Program-made: the position numbers and the translations under genes | Part shown: positions 48,123 through 58,727 of the stretch, one piece after another | Layout: each line of letters begins with the position of its first letter | How positions within the stretch are numbered: the first letter of the stretch is position 1 | Source: Vitrella brassicaformis CCMP3155 | Lineage: Eukaryota > Protista > Chromerida | Direction of reading: 5' to 3' | Assembly: GCA_001179505.1 (NCBI GenBank) | Contig: CDMY01000542.1 | Span: 1-64,000, forward strand | Length of the DNA: 64,000 bases | Notes under the pieces: model-generated | Told to the model about the DNA's origin: nothing | The model's input: the letters and a program-made list of their open reading frames with translations, nothing else | The model's database searches: none

Positions 48123-51100
48123 TCATTTGTCGAGCATATACAAGAAGACGGGCTGTCCGCTGCCCTCAAACACCACAGCCAGCACATGCTCGCCCACATC
48201 CTCTTCCCCTTCGCCGCCCGCATCCATCGCCCCTCTGCCCCGCTGCCCAGCCCTCCCTTGTCTGAATGCCAGTGCCGTAGCTATCGGCCGCACACTGCGG
48301 CCGTGAGGCATCACTGGGCCGACCCTCTGTGACCGCAGCAGCTGTGCGGTCACTGTCGAGAACGTGTATAGAATCTGCTGACGAATGACCCACAAGACAT
48401 CACCCCACACAGAGAGCTCAAAAGCAGGGGCAGGGGCCGACAGATCAGCTGTAGAGGGCATGTGGATCTTGACCGGCAACAGGCGCCGATTCCGGACGTC
48501 GAATATGACAAAGCGGAAGCTGCCCTCCACAGAGTAGCAGAAGGTGATATGTCGCTGAGGTGGGTTAGTCTTGACGTCGATCAGCTTGCCCATGACCGGC
48601 CTGCCTCCCGCTTCCTCACATATGACGGGCACAGCCATGCCGCCAAGAGGGTCTTCAAACAGAGGGATGAGCGAGGGGCTGCGATGAAGCACTGGCTCGT
48701 CTGTTTTCGCACTAGCCGGCTGTCGCTGCTGCTGAGTGGTCAGAGGGTAGATGAGACACTCTTGCTTAGTCGCTATGTCGACATCTCCGGTGAGTCGCTC
48801 CATCTCGCTCTCCGCTGCCCGCTCAGAGAGGTCCACCACCACACATTGCGGGCCCTCAGTGCTGGGCAGCCAGTAGAAGGCACACAGCGTGGTGGGGTCG
48901 ATCAAGAGGGGCAGCTCCGAAAACAACTCATCTCGCTGGGGCACATCAGACGTGAACTGCAGGCTTCGTGATTTGCTGGCTGGCGGCTGGGGGAGCACGA
49001 AATCCTCAAGCATCAGCTGGAATCGTTCCACCGGCGTGAAGGTGCCAAAGCCGCTTCGTTGGGAGAGCGAGTAGTGCCAGACGATGATCTTTCCAACCGC
49101 ATCCACGGTAACGATCTCCTGTACACTTGTCTCGCTCGCTTTTGCCGGTGCCGCCAAAGCCACGATGCGGGCCTTGTGTGCGAAGAAGAACTCACGAATG
49201 GGCGGGGAGGGCTCGTCCTTGATACTGCGTTGGCGTTTGGGTCTTGCGCGGCCCCTTCTGGCCGCCTCCTCCAGAGAAAGCAGCTTGGGGGCTTCCACTC
49301 CCTTTAGCAGCCCGACGTCGCTGGCCGACGGCAGGATTAGGGAAGTAGAAGAAGAAGTAGCAGCAGCAGTATCTTCTGCTCCTTCAGCGGCCTCAGTGCA
49401 TAAATGTGAGTTGAGTTTGACCACTGTCCCGCCACCAAGTCCCAACAGGAAGCACGGCTGTTGGCCGGAGGGGCTCAAAAACGGCAGAAATGTCGACCGA
49501 TAGACAGTCCATTCCTGGGGTCTTCGCTTGTAATCGTCCTCCTCCCCTTTGCGCGCGAAGTGCGCATTGTTGAGCTCCAGCCGGCACGCTAGTGGGGGCG
49601 GTTTTCTCTTCTTGCCTCGGCGTCCTGGTGGAGCTTCAGTAAGGGAAAGCATCCGCAAAATTCCCTTCCCGTCGATAGTGAGCAAATCAGAAGCACCCCT
49701 GCTAAAGCTTAGTCGTCTCACATGAGCCATCTTGGTAGTGCGCGCCGTAGTGTTGGTCAAGTATGGCAAGCCCTGTTCCGAGGGAGTAGCTGGAGTGAGA
49801 GCGGCAGCTGGCGAGGGATTTTCGATCTCTTGTTCCTCCTCGCCATCTTTTTGCTCCTCGTGTTTCTCTTCCTGTTCCTCATCAGCCGATTCTTCTTTTC
49901 TAATGTCGCTGAGAGGCGCCCGAGTGGCCTCCCCCTCTGCTTGTGCCAGCAGAGTGGGCACCGCCCACACCAGTATATTGCCCTTCTCAGTGCCGATCGC
50001 CAGCGCGAGGCCGAGGGTAGAGGATGTCGAGGCACACAGCACCGATGGCAGGCCGTGTTTCTTCTCATGGGCCAGCTCGGGGAGCGCTCGGATTGACAGG
50101 TGCTTCTTAGCAAAGTCTTGTTCCCGTGCCCATGAAGGATGGGTAGAGACGTCAAGCAGACGCTGCATGCGATCGGTTTCCGTCTCGTCAAAGGGTTCCT
50201 GCGAGCAAGGGGACACACATAGATAAGATTCTGACAAGGCATGAATGTTGATGTGTACCTCAGTGGGTATGCGATACATTGGCAACACGCCGATGTCCAA
50301 GGGGATCTCTTCCGGCTCAGGAATGTCACGAACCCCACCGCCACTGTACCACACCGCTGTGTCGTACTCACCACCGTTGACAAATATGCCAGAGTAGTCG
50401 GGCTGCACCCTCCCAGTGCGGTCTTCTTTCCACTCGACCTTTGTGGCTTCATCGCCGTCTCTCTCCTTGATAATCTGTTGAAGGGCATCGGCAATCTGTG
50501 AGACCACTGGATGGTCAGGAGACGTCGGCTGTCCTTGGCTTTGTGTCTTCAGCTCGTGTATGTGGCGGCTGAGAGGAATGGGAGACACCCACGTGCTCTC
50601 CCAGTAGGCCGGATTATCCTCAGTCCACTGCACCTTCCTGTCCGGGGATTTCCTTTTCTTTGCTTTCTTTGCAGCCTCCTCTTCCCGCTCAATAAATGCG
50701 TCGTATCCAGCCGCATCGTAGATGCCGCATGCGAATGATTCAGCAATGTATCTCTCCACCCCCTTGACGTAAGCCACCACTTCCTGCGTCACCTCGTGCA
50801 CGCCCTCGGAAACAGTCTCCTCCAAGTATTTCAAAGCCACACTCGCAGCCGCATATTTGTTCAGCCAGTCGAGTGTCAGGGAAGGCTCTCTCTCGTCCTT
50901 CTCTTCCCATTTCTGTTTTCTCTCCTCTGCTGCCTGGACGTCGTTGATTGTGAGGGAGCGGTCCACAGCTGCATCGGCACATTGCAGGAGCAGCTGGCGG
51001 CAGAAGCGTCCCAATGGCGAGCCATCAGCCTTGGTGAGCTGTGCATCAGGAGAGATCTTCTTGAGCTCTTGTTGCCAGTGCCTGAGTCGCTCCCACAGCT

Positions 51101-52202
51101 GCTTGGTGCTGTGCTCCCGAGACACCAGTGCCATGCTCGCGTCCTCGACGAGCTTCTCCATCGGCTGGGCGATGGAGTCATATACATCCTTGCCGTCCTC
51201 TTGCTGCGGCATCTGGTTGGCCAGTATATATTTCAGCGGTGGGCTGTCGCCTTCCCTCAGGGCCATTAGAAAGGCCTGGCCCTTGGATAACAGGAACTCC
51301 TGCTGCCGCAGCCTTATTCGTGTCGTCTTGAGGTTGGTGTGAAGCTCCAGCCGCCTCTCATTCAGCCGTTGGATCTCCTTATTCCTTGCTGTGGTCTCTG
51401 CCCGGTGCTCTTTCGTGAGATTCTCCATGATTTGGTCAGCAAGCCGCTTTACAAGTGTGTCGGCGGTCGGGGCGTTTGATGGGTCCAGAGCCGATGTCTC
51501 CTTGATGGCTGCAAGGGCTTCAGGAGTGTCGAGAATGGGTGAGAAGAGAATGGTCGATGTGGCTGCGTCCTTGAGGCACTCGATGTTGTATTGGTCCAGG
51601 CGCTGCCATTTCTCCGTGATGGCGTCCAGCTGGCCCTGCATGCACCGCATACATGACTGCCCGGTAGGATGGTACATCGACGCAGGAGGGCTGACCTCTT
51701 TGAGTTTGAGCAGTCTGTCCAAGACGTCCATATGGTGCTGAATCTGCTCCCTCTGCAGCTCTTGCAAAGCCGCCCTGCCTTTTGCATCCTCAATGTCCTT
51801 TTCCCTCACAATCTTGTCGCAATCCCCTTGCCGTTTCTGTATGGCCTCCTGCTTGACCTTAAGCTCCAGCACGGCATCCCGCAGGGCCAACCGCTCATCC
51901 ATGTGGTCGGCATCGTACCTCCTCAGCTCCTCAATCCGTCTTTTTATCTCTCCTATCCTTCGGACGGCCTCGCTCTTCCTTTTCTCCTCAAGGCGGCCAC
52001 GAGCGTCTTCGAGCTCGGATTCCAGGTGGGCCACTTCGTTCTCCAGCCGCCCCAGCTCCTCGCGTTCGGCCTGCACTGTTGTGACGGGCTGGGGCTTGGC
52101 ATCCGCTCCTGCAGGGGGCGGGGACGATGCGATAGGCTGGGGCTGGTCTTGCATGCTGTCAGTAGCCTCAGCAGAGGCCTCCTCGTGCGTCTGATACGTC
52201 AT
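48123..52202 (-). CDS. Large (about 1320 aa) protein: N-terminal coiled coils plus C-terminal WD40-like beta-propeller; two probable 60-nt in-frame introns
   Basis: ORF 48123-52454 with likely start MTYQTHEE at 52202. Heptads LGRLENEVAHLESELEDARGRLEEK. WD-like LAIGTEKGNILVW, LLTIDGKGILRML and FFAHKARIVALA...IVTVDAVGKIIVW. Confidence 0.8.
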   Translation of the reverse strand: MTYQTHEEASAEATDSMQDQPQPIASSPPPAGADAKPQPVTTVQAEREELGRLENEVAHLESELEDARGRLEEKRKSEAVRRIGEIKRRIEELRRYDADHMDERLALRDAVLELKVKQEAIQKRQGDCDKIVREKDIEDAKGRAALQELQREQIQHHMDVLDRLLKLKEVSPPASMYHPTGQSCMRCMQGQLDAITEKWQRLDQYNIECLKDAATSTILFSPILDTPEALAAIKETSALDPSNAPTADTLVKRLADQIMENLTKEHRAETTARNKEIQRLNERRLELHTNLKTTRIRLRQQEFLLSKGQAFLMALREGDSPPLKYILANQMPQQEDGKDVYDSIAQPMEKLVEDASMALVSREHSTKQLWERLRHWQQELKKISPDAQLTKADGSPLGRFCRQLLLQCADAAVDRSLTINDVQAAEERKQKWEEKDEREPSLTLDWLNKYAAASVALKYLEETVSEGVHEVTQEVVAYVKGVERYIAESFACGIYDAAGYDAFIEREEEAAKKAKKRKSPDRKVQWTEDNPAYWESTWVSPIPLSRHIHELKTQSQGQPTSPDHPVVSQIADALQQIIKERDGDEATKVEWKEDRTGRVQPDYSGIFVNGGEYDTAVWYSGGGVRDIPEPEEIPLDIGVLPMYRIPTEVHINIHALSESYLCVSPCSQEPFDETETDRMQRLLDVSTHPSWAREQDFAKKHLSIRALPELAHEKKHGLPSVLCASTSSTLGLALAIGTEKGNILVWAVPTLLAQAEGEATRAPLSDIRKEESADEEQEEKHEEQKDGEEEQEIENPSPAAALTPATPSEQGLPYLTNTTARTTKMAHVRRLSFSRGASDLLTIDGKGILRMLSLTEAPPGRRGKKRKPPPLACRLELNNAHFARKGEEDDYKRRPQEWTVYRSTFLPFLSPSGQQPCFLLGLGGGTVVKLNSHLCTEAAEGAEDTAAATSSSTSLILPSASDVGLLKGVEAPKLLSLEEAARRGRARPKRQRSIKDEPSPPIREFFFAHKARIVALAAPAKASETSVQEIVTVDAVGKIIVWHYSLSQRSGFGTFTPVERFQLMLEDFVLPQPPASKSRSLQFTSDVPQRDELFSELPLLIDPTTLCAFYWLPSTEGPQCVVVDLSERAAESEMERLTGDVDIATKQECLIYPLTTQQQRQPASAKTDEPVLHRSPSLIPLFEDPLGGMAVPVICEEAGGRPVMGKLIDVKTNPPQRHITFCYSVEGSFRFVIFDVRNRRLLPVKIHMPSTADLSAPAPAFELSVWGDVLWVIRQQILYTFSTVTAQLLRSQRVGPVMPHGRSVRPIATALAFRQGRAGQRGRGAMDAGGEGEEDVGEHVLAVVFEGSGQPVFLYMLDK

Positions 52203-52289
52203 TTCCACCCCACGCCGCGATCCCCGCGATCTCAGTTGGGCCCCAATTGAGACCCCCAGCCAGTGGCAGTTTCCCGTCTCTCCCCCGCG

Positions 52290-55200
52290 ATGGCGTCCCT
52301 CCGGTATCTGTCGGCATACTGCAGTACCGATGCTCCGAAGGCGGCTTTTGCTATCCCGCCGGTGCCCCTCACTGCAGACAAGAGTGCGGCCGCGGTGAAG
52401 GCTGAGACCGCCATCAACAGCTTGGCAACCGATGACCTGTCGAAGCTCTCGCACTACAACGCCTTGACGGTGCTGAATTCCCTTCTCACTTTATACAACA
52501 GGTGAACCGCCTTCAGTGCTCATTCTGCAATGGAATCATTATGTTGGACGTGTTCGCGTGTGTCTGTATGCGCAGCTTCGCGCTCTTCCACAGGAGTAAG
52601 GGCGACTTCAACACTGCACTGCTGTATCTGCGCAAGGCCCTGGAGAGCTGCCTGGTCGCCCCGGAAAGCGTCGCAACACACCATACCATTCTTCTGTCAA
52701 GATCAAGAACCAGGCTCAATGCCAGCATCCTTCTGCCGAGTAAGATAAGCAGCACCGCCATGCCTTTCTTGCACTGGCATTGCTGTGTATGCAGAGCTGG
52801 GCCAGCACCGCCATGCGTGTCAGCAAGCTCGGGGTTCGGCTGTTGAGGCGGATTGTCTGCTGCAGCTGAAGACCTACAAACACAAGCCACCGGCGGCCGA
52901 CTTTCTGCAGGAGGCAGTGAGCAATGAGATCATAGTTCTAAATCACAACTGTGTGCCCGTACTGCATGAGCCATTGTGTGTCCGTGCAGTGTGTCACGGC
53001 GGTGCTGGCTCGCCACCATCTGGCATCGGGTACCCTGAGCAGGATGGAGACACTGATGCAACCAGCGAATGTGTTGAATGCATGATCTTTCCTCGGCAGA
53101 GCTGGAGCACACAAAGGCCCTGGGCAGAAGCCATCACGAGGAAGTGCTTGTAAGACGACAGAACCAAGACACAGACGGGGAAAAAGGTTGCATCTGTTCA
53201 TGCCTTTGCGTCTTACCAGCGGCTATACCAGGAGGCTGATACTTTGGCGCAGACACACTTGCCGTCAGACCATCCGGCTAAACAGATGGCGCGCGACTGC
53301 CTCAGAGCGAAACGCAGAAGCCCCGCGACAAAGGTGAGAGAAATCCGCACTGGCCAGTGGCCACTCACAAGGCACTCACTGTAATGATTGCTGTGCATTG
53401 CAGAAAGGCCAGGAGCCTCAACCCCTGAGGAAAGGCCAGCCGAACACCCGCAGTCTCCCGCAGATTAGCATCTTGCGTCCGTTGCCCCTCCCTGACCCAC
53501 CCATAGCTCATTCGACGTCCCCCCTGCCCCCCATTGTCGAGGCGACGGAGGGCTCTCGACATGTGCACCGCGGCCACAAGTCGCAGCCCAACCTTCACCA
53601 TGACACGTCCCTCCCATCTCTCCGACAGGCCGCACCCCAGCGGCCAAAGAAGAAAGCCAGGAAGGCGGGCAAGGAGCAACAGCGATCCGTCAAGTCCCTG
53701 GCTCCGTCGCCCCTTCCATCAGTGAGCAAGAAACCGCCAGAGCCCGTCTCCCTCGCAGACAGCGAGAAGAGGGACGAGCTGAGGATCAGCGACGGACGGC
53801 AGGCCATACTCGACGCCTATGCCGTCATGCCTCGACCCGACTTCGCCCGCGGCAGGCGGCAAAGGCCGGCGGATGAGCCTGACAATTGCGTCCCCGCAGA
53901 GCGTCCCTCGGTAACCGTCGACCCGTTCCCCCCTCCTCCCCCCTGTCGACCATCGCAGCAGCAGGACCAGCACTGGCGATGCATCCGAGCGCACATCGGT
54001 GTCATCCGTACGGCAGCCGCGGCATCATCAACACGAAGGGAGGCGGCGCAGCGACATGGCCAAACCGAGAGAAGGGAAAGAGAAACAAGGCCGGAGGGCC
54101 ACTGTGGTGGTGGAGGCCAGGGCCTCTGTGGCTTCCGTGGTGGTTGAGGGGTCACAGTGTGAGCGGCCTGTGGCGGCGGACTCTTTGCCTGATCGACCGG
54201 ACATCATTCGGCGGAAGATAGAGAGGCAGCTCATGGAGGACGGTAGGCATTGGGCAGAAGGAAAGCTCTTACGTGTCTCTGTTTGTCTACGTGTCTCTCC
54301 TGGCGTTGCTCTGGACGCGTGTGTGTGTATGTAGAGTGGGCGGTAGAGCACTTATGGCTGCCACGTTTGCGCGAGAAAACGCACGAGCACCGACAAGACA
54401 TCAAGACACGGCCCCCGGTACGTGAGACACTGCACAACAGCAGACCACACATGGACGTGGCTGTCTGCAGGACGAGATATTGGACCTTCACGACTACTAC
54501 TGGCCCAGCTGCTACAACTACTTCCGATACAGACAAAAGAAGTATGCAATCACACTGTCACCTCTCACAACACAGACAGACGTCCTCTGTCACGTGCATG
54601 CAGCACCGAAGGCAGAGCCGCAGCCGCTTCATCAAGCGTGTCTCCCTCGCCCTCGCCCTTCTCCTCCCCTGGCCGCAATATCTCCATCTTCGAGTCGGAC
54701 CGGGTCGTCCACTGGGGCCGCGAACTGCCCAAAGGGCTGCAGGACGTGCTGAGGGGGCGGGACGCCTTCAGCTGCCGTCGGAAGCGGAGGATCTACCCGC
54801 CGGCATCGGACTTCACGATATGGAAGTCGCTGACTCGGCAGGTCAGGGAGCTGGAGGAACGACTCAGGCGGCTGGCCGGGCCGGGACGGATGTCGGTACG
54901 CGTACGCACAGAACGATTCAGCAGATAGTGCATATATCCAGAGCATGTGTCTGTGTGTGTGTGAGTGTGTGCGTGTTGTCTGTCGCTTGCGCTGCAGCTC
55001 TCTCGTCATGACACCATGAAAGGTGGGTGGGCAAGTGTGCAAAGACAGGGCAAGAGAGGGAGAGTCTCATGAATCGGATGGTATGGTGGTTTTGGTTTGT
55101 GTGCAGAAGAGCTGCGTACCCTCTTCAAAAAGACCACACGTACTTCAGCCCAGCTCGGGACCAGCGGGGCCGACGTTCAGGAGCTGCTGCAGCAGCAGCA

Positions 55201-55291
55201 ACAAGAGCAGCCACAGGCGGCCCGCGAACAACTCACCCAACTCACCCAGGAGGACGGTAGACGGGGGGTGTCATTCGTCTATGCTGCCTAG
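52290..55291 (+). CDS. TPR-like N-terminal protein with conserved unnamed C-terminal domain, paralogue 2; multi-exon
   Basis: DFNTALLYLRKALE...RSRTRLNASILL|LGQHRHACQQAR; WAVEHLWLPRLR; NISIFESDRVVHWGRELPKGLQDVL; DFTIWKSLTRQVRELEERL; EELRTLFKKT. Confidence 0.72.
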
Positions 55292-55546
55292 CTGCGTCGG
55301 TGCTTTGGTATGTGTAGTAGATCCACCTCGCAGCAAGACAGCACATGTCGGGTTGGATTGTAGCACGCTGCTGCTGCCGCTGCCGTAGCAAGCATGTCTC
55401 AGATGTGTCCGTAGCTAGCATCGCTCATCTTTGCTGCCTGTCCTCTGTGTGTCTCTTGCTCGATGCACACACGCACTGCTCTCGTGCAGCCGTTTATGTG
55501 TGCCATCTATCTATCGCCATGCAACTGACCCCCTTGTGTTGACGCT

Positions 55547-57274
55547 TCAGAGTAGGGGTGGCAGGTTCAGGTAGGCCACCTTCCACTCAGTCGCACTCAC
55601 ACGCTCGTCACCACTGCCATTGCTGCCACCACAGTCGCCATCCACACCTTCAGCCAGCGCCACTGACAGCCTCTGAGTGACACACACACACACACACATC
55701 AATATAATGATTGAGCTGAGTTCACCGCGGTCACGTTTGTTCACGCGGCCTGTGCTCCCTCACCTTATAAAGCCGTGGAGGCAGGTCCCATTGAGCCGAG
55801 GCGCGAGCCGTGACCGCACCTCCAGACACAACAGCTCGATACATGACCTGACAGACCGACCGCACCCAGCACATTAGTTACACGACATGGTCTGGTCTTC
55901 ATCCACAGCTACCCGCTGCACTCACTCACCTTCATTGCACGTCGCCATTGGATGTTTGTTGGGTCCGCCGTCGGCCCGTCGCTTCCTTGTGGCCTCCATC
56001 GCCGGGTAGCCACGTCGCGCAGGGCAATGATCAGCTCGATGCTGTCGTCACTCTCACTTTCGGATGAGTGCGCTGTCAGTCGATGCAGCCCCGACTCGGA
56101 CGCAGCTGTCTCGATCTGCTCGTACACACACAGAGGGAATCAATCAGTGGTCGCATTCCTGTTCTGCTAACGCATACCCACCAGTGCAGCTATGGCCGTT
56201 TCCTCGGTGTAGGCGTCCATCACATCGCCCACCGATATGGCCTGCTTCCACAGCCGCCCCACCATCCCCCGACCGCCCTCGCCAGCAGCCGCCATTCCCA
56301 CCGCCGATTTGCACTCTCCACAACTCAACGAGTGACCACCGATCTGCCCATTGTCCAGCCCGCCGACCGCCAGGCGCCCTTCATAGCACTTGTGGGCCAC
56401 GAAGGCCTTGGTGCGTGTCGACGGAACACACAGAGGGACCACCAGATGGTGACGGTCGACGCCAATGGTGCGTGGTTGTCTTGCGGCGGCAGATGGAGAG
56501 GCCCTCTGGGAGAGCCGACTGCTGAGTGAGAGCAGCCGCTGGGCACCTCGTGAGCGAGGCTGGTCGTTGGTGGCTGATTCCGCTGGGAATGAGAGTTCGG
56601 AAGGGTCGAATGATGGGAGAGGGGGGCACTCCTCACAGGCGAGGCTGTCAGCAAAGCCTGTGTAGAGTGTCGATGGCAGAGCGGCGAAGCGGCACTTGGG
56701 CAGCTTCAACAGCTCAGCCCCGCAGCACCTGACAACGCAGCAAACAACACAATGAGCGTGTCCACCGCTTGGCAGCCATCCGTCTGTCCAGCTGACTGAC
56801 TGACCTGCAGGCTGGGGCGAAGCTCTCCAGCGCTTGCAAGCGGTCCACCTCGCCCGACCCCTGCCTCCTCATGAGCATCGCCCTCACGGCAGCAGAGTCG
56901 CCGATGCGAAACCGCAGCCTCCACAAGCAGACCTGCCCACCATCCTCACCACAGCTGCTCTCGGTCACACAAAGCGAGGCTGACTGCGTGAGCTCTCCAG
57001 CGATGTCATCACTCCAGGAGGTGCCGTCTTCACCGTCGTCCCCTCCGTGATGCAGCGGGATGGCCGCAAAGGCCTCTCCATCTCTCTCCAGCCACACCTC
57101 CAGCTGCCCATCCGACAGGCTGAAGCGGGCACGTGCGCTTGATGCCGCCGACGCGGATGAGTGCCTTGAGGATGCCGTGAGTCGACATTGACCGGTGAGC
57201 TGCACCAGTTCCAGAAAGGCACACTCCAGCGGGTGCTCAACAGAGGACGGTGGCAGATCTTTGTTCCTCTCCAT
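55547..57274 (-). CDS. UBE3D/Ipa1-like (HECT_2 family) protein, tentative
   Basis: C|RCCGAELLKLPKCRFAALPSTLYTGFADSLACEEC resembles the family CxxC...LPSxxWxxxxxxWxCH pattern. Later VECKS and a terminal WKVAYL. Canonical introns join the exons. Confidence 0.5.
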
Positions 57275-57613
57275 GTGCGCTGCTGTCCTCGGTGCGAGGA
57301 AGGCTCTTAAAGGTCAAGAGAAGATCCCCAGCCGAATCGTGCGAGCTTCGCGTTTCCCCCAACTCAGAGGTGCGGGGCATGTCTGCAGGGACTCTTTCGC
57401 TTTGTGACTCTTTCGCTTTGTGAATGAATGCACCACCCCGTTCTCGTTTGAAGATGTCATTGTTACAATACGGTGTCTGACAGTCCACATCCACTCCTTC
57501 TCATGAACACCAACCAGTCACAACGATAGATGCCACGACAGATGCACGTCACTCTCTCATCAACCCGATGACCACACGCACACGACTTTCCCCTCCATGC
57601 CTCATCAATCTAT

Positions 57614-58444
57614 CTATCTCGGGTGCTCCCTGTTCCACCGCACACAGTCGTCATACTTGACCAGCGCACCACCAAAGATGTCCAAAGCACTCCCAAACGT
57701 CAGGTCAACACGACCTTTGCTCAGCCGGTCCACCGTCTGCAGGTCGCTCAGGTCCCTCCCCCCACCCGCATAGGTGCACGGCACACCGCTCCACTCGCCC
57801 AGGGCAGCCACCAGCTCCTCGTCAATGCCCCGGCAGAGCCCCTCGACGTCGGCTGCATGCACGAGGAACTCGCTGCAGTAGGCGGCCACTTGTGCGAGTG
57901 ACTCCTTGGTCAGCCAGAAGTCGGTGAGCGTCTGCCACCTGTTCATGGCCACAACCCACCCGAGCTCCCCGCCCTCGCCCCTCTTGTCCACTCGCCGACA
58001 GCTGAGGTCCACGACCAGGCGGTCGGGCGACACGAGCTTGGACAGCCGCATCAGCCGCTCGAAGGAGAGCTTGCCGTCGGGGAAGAGCCACGACGTCACT
58101 ATCACCTTGGAGGCGCCCTTCTCCAGCCACTGGAGCGCATTCACGTCGGTCACGCCGCCACCGACCTGCAGACCGTGCGGCCACGCCTCGAGCGCAGACA
58201 CGGCTGCCGCGTCATTGTTGGGTCCCAGCTTGATCAGATGGCCGCCCACCAGCCCGTCGCGACGATAAATGCGGGCGAAGTGGGCGGCGTCCTGCTCGGG
58301 AGGCGCGACGAAGTTGGTCTTGAGGGATGATGATGCCGATGCCGACTGTTGGCTGTTGTGTGTGTCGTCTGTGAGGGTGCCGCCGACAATCTGCTTGACG
58401 CTGCCGTTGTGGAGGTCGATGCAGGGCCGGAAGTGGGTGGGCAT
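57614..58444 (-). CDS. HIS6: Phosphoribosylformimino-5-aminoimidazole carboxamide ribotide isomerase, eukaryotic His6 type; intronless
   Basis: [24 protein letters not shown]...GGHLIKLGP...LQVGGGV...KVIVTSWLF...LVVDLSCRR...VAMNRWQT...[21 protein letters not shown]...TYAGG...[14 protein letters not shown]. Confidence 0.96.
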   Translation of the reverse strand: MPTHFRPCIDLHNGSVKQIVGGTLTDDTHNSQQSASASSSLKTNFVAPPEQDAAHFARIYRRDGLVGGHLIKLGPNNDAAAVSALEAWPHGLQVGGGVTDVNALQWLEKGASKVIVTSWLFPDGKLSFERLMRLSKLVSPDRLVVDLSCRRVDKRGEGGELGWVVAMNRWQTLTDFWLTKESLAQVAAYCSEFLVHAADVEGLCRGIDEELVAALGEWSGVPCTYAGGGRDLSDLQTVDRLSKGRVDLTFGSALDIFGGALVKYDDCVRWNREHPR

Positions 58445-58727
58445 CGCCAGATAGCCAGATCTCTCGATCTCTCCAGGCCAGTGACGAGATCTCTGGCGAG
58501 ACAAATGCAGCAATGAAAGCCTCAGCCGCCCCTGCGAGCTCCGCACGTTGTTGTCATCTTCCCCATGATGACGGGTCGTCGGGTTAAGGGTTTGATGGGT
58601 CAAGGGTTTCATTGCGAGCTTAGTTGGTGCAAAAAAGCGCTGCGGAGGAAGTGTGAAGAGGACCGCGTGCCGTATTAGACGCAAGGATGAGTGCGTTCCG
58701 CCACTCTGACGATAGCGGCAAAGACGA

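Noticed and set aside
48081-48332. Plus-strand ORF overlapping the WD40 gene end, suggesting an antisense overlap
   Set aside because: The paralogue comparison supports the TPR-like gene ending at 48064 (EHLGHLKALY frame).
52203-52454. N-terminal 84 aa of the 1443-aa ORF
   Set aside because: Overlaps the start of the opposite-strand TPR-like gene. MTYQTHEE at 52202 is the more plausible start.
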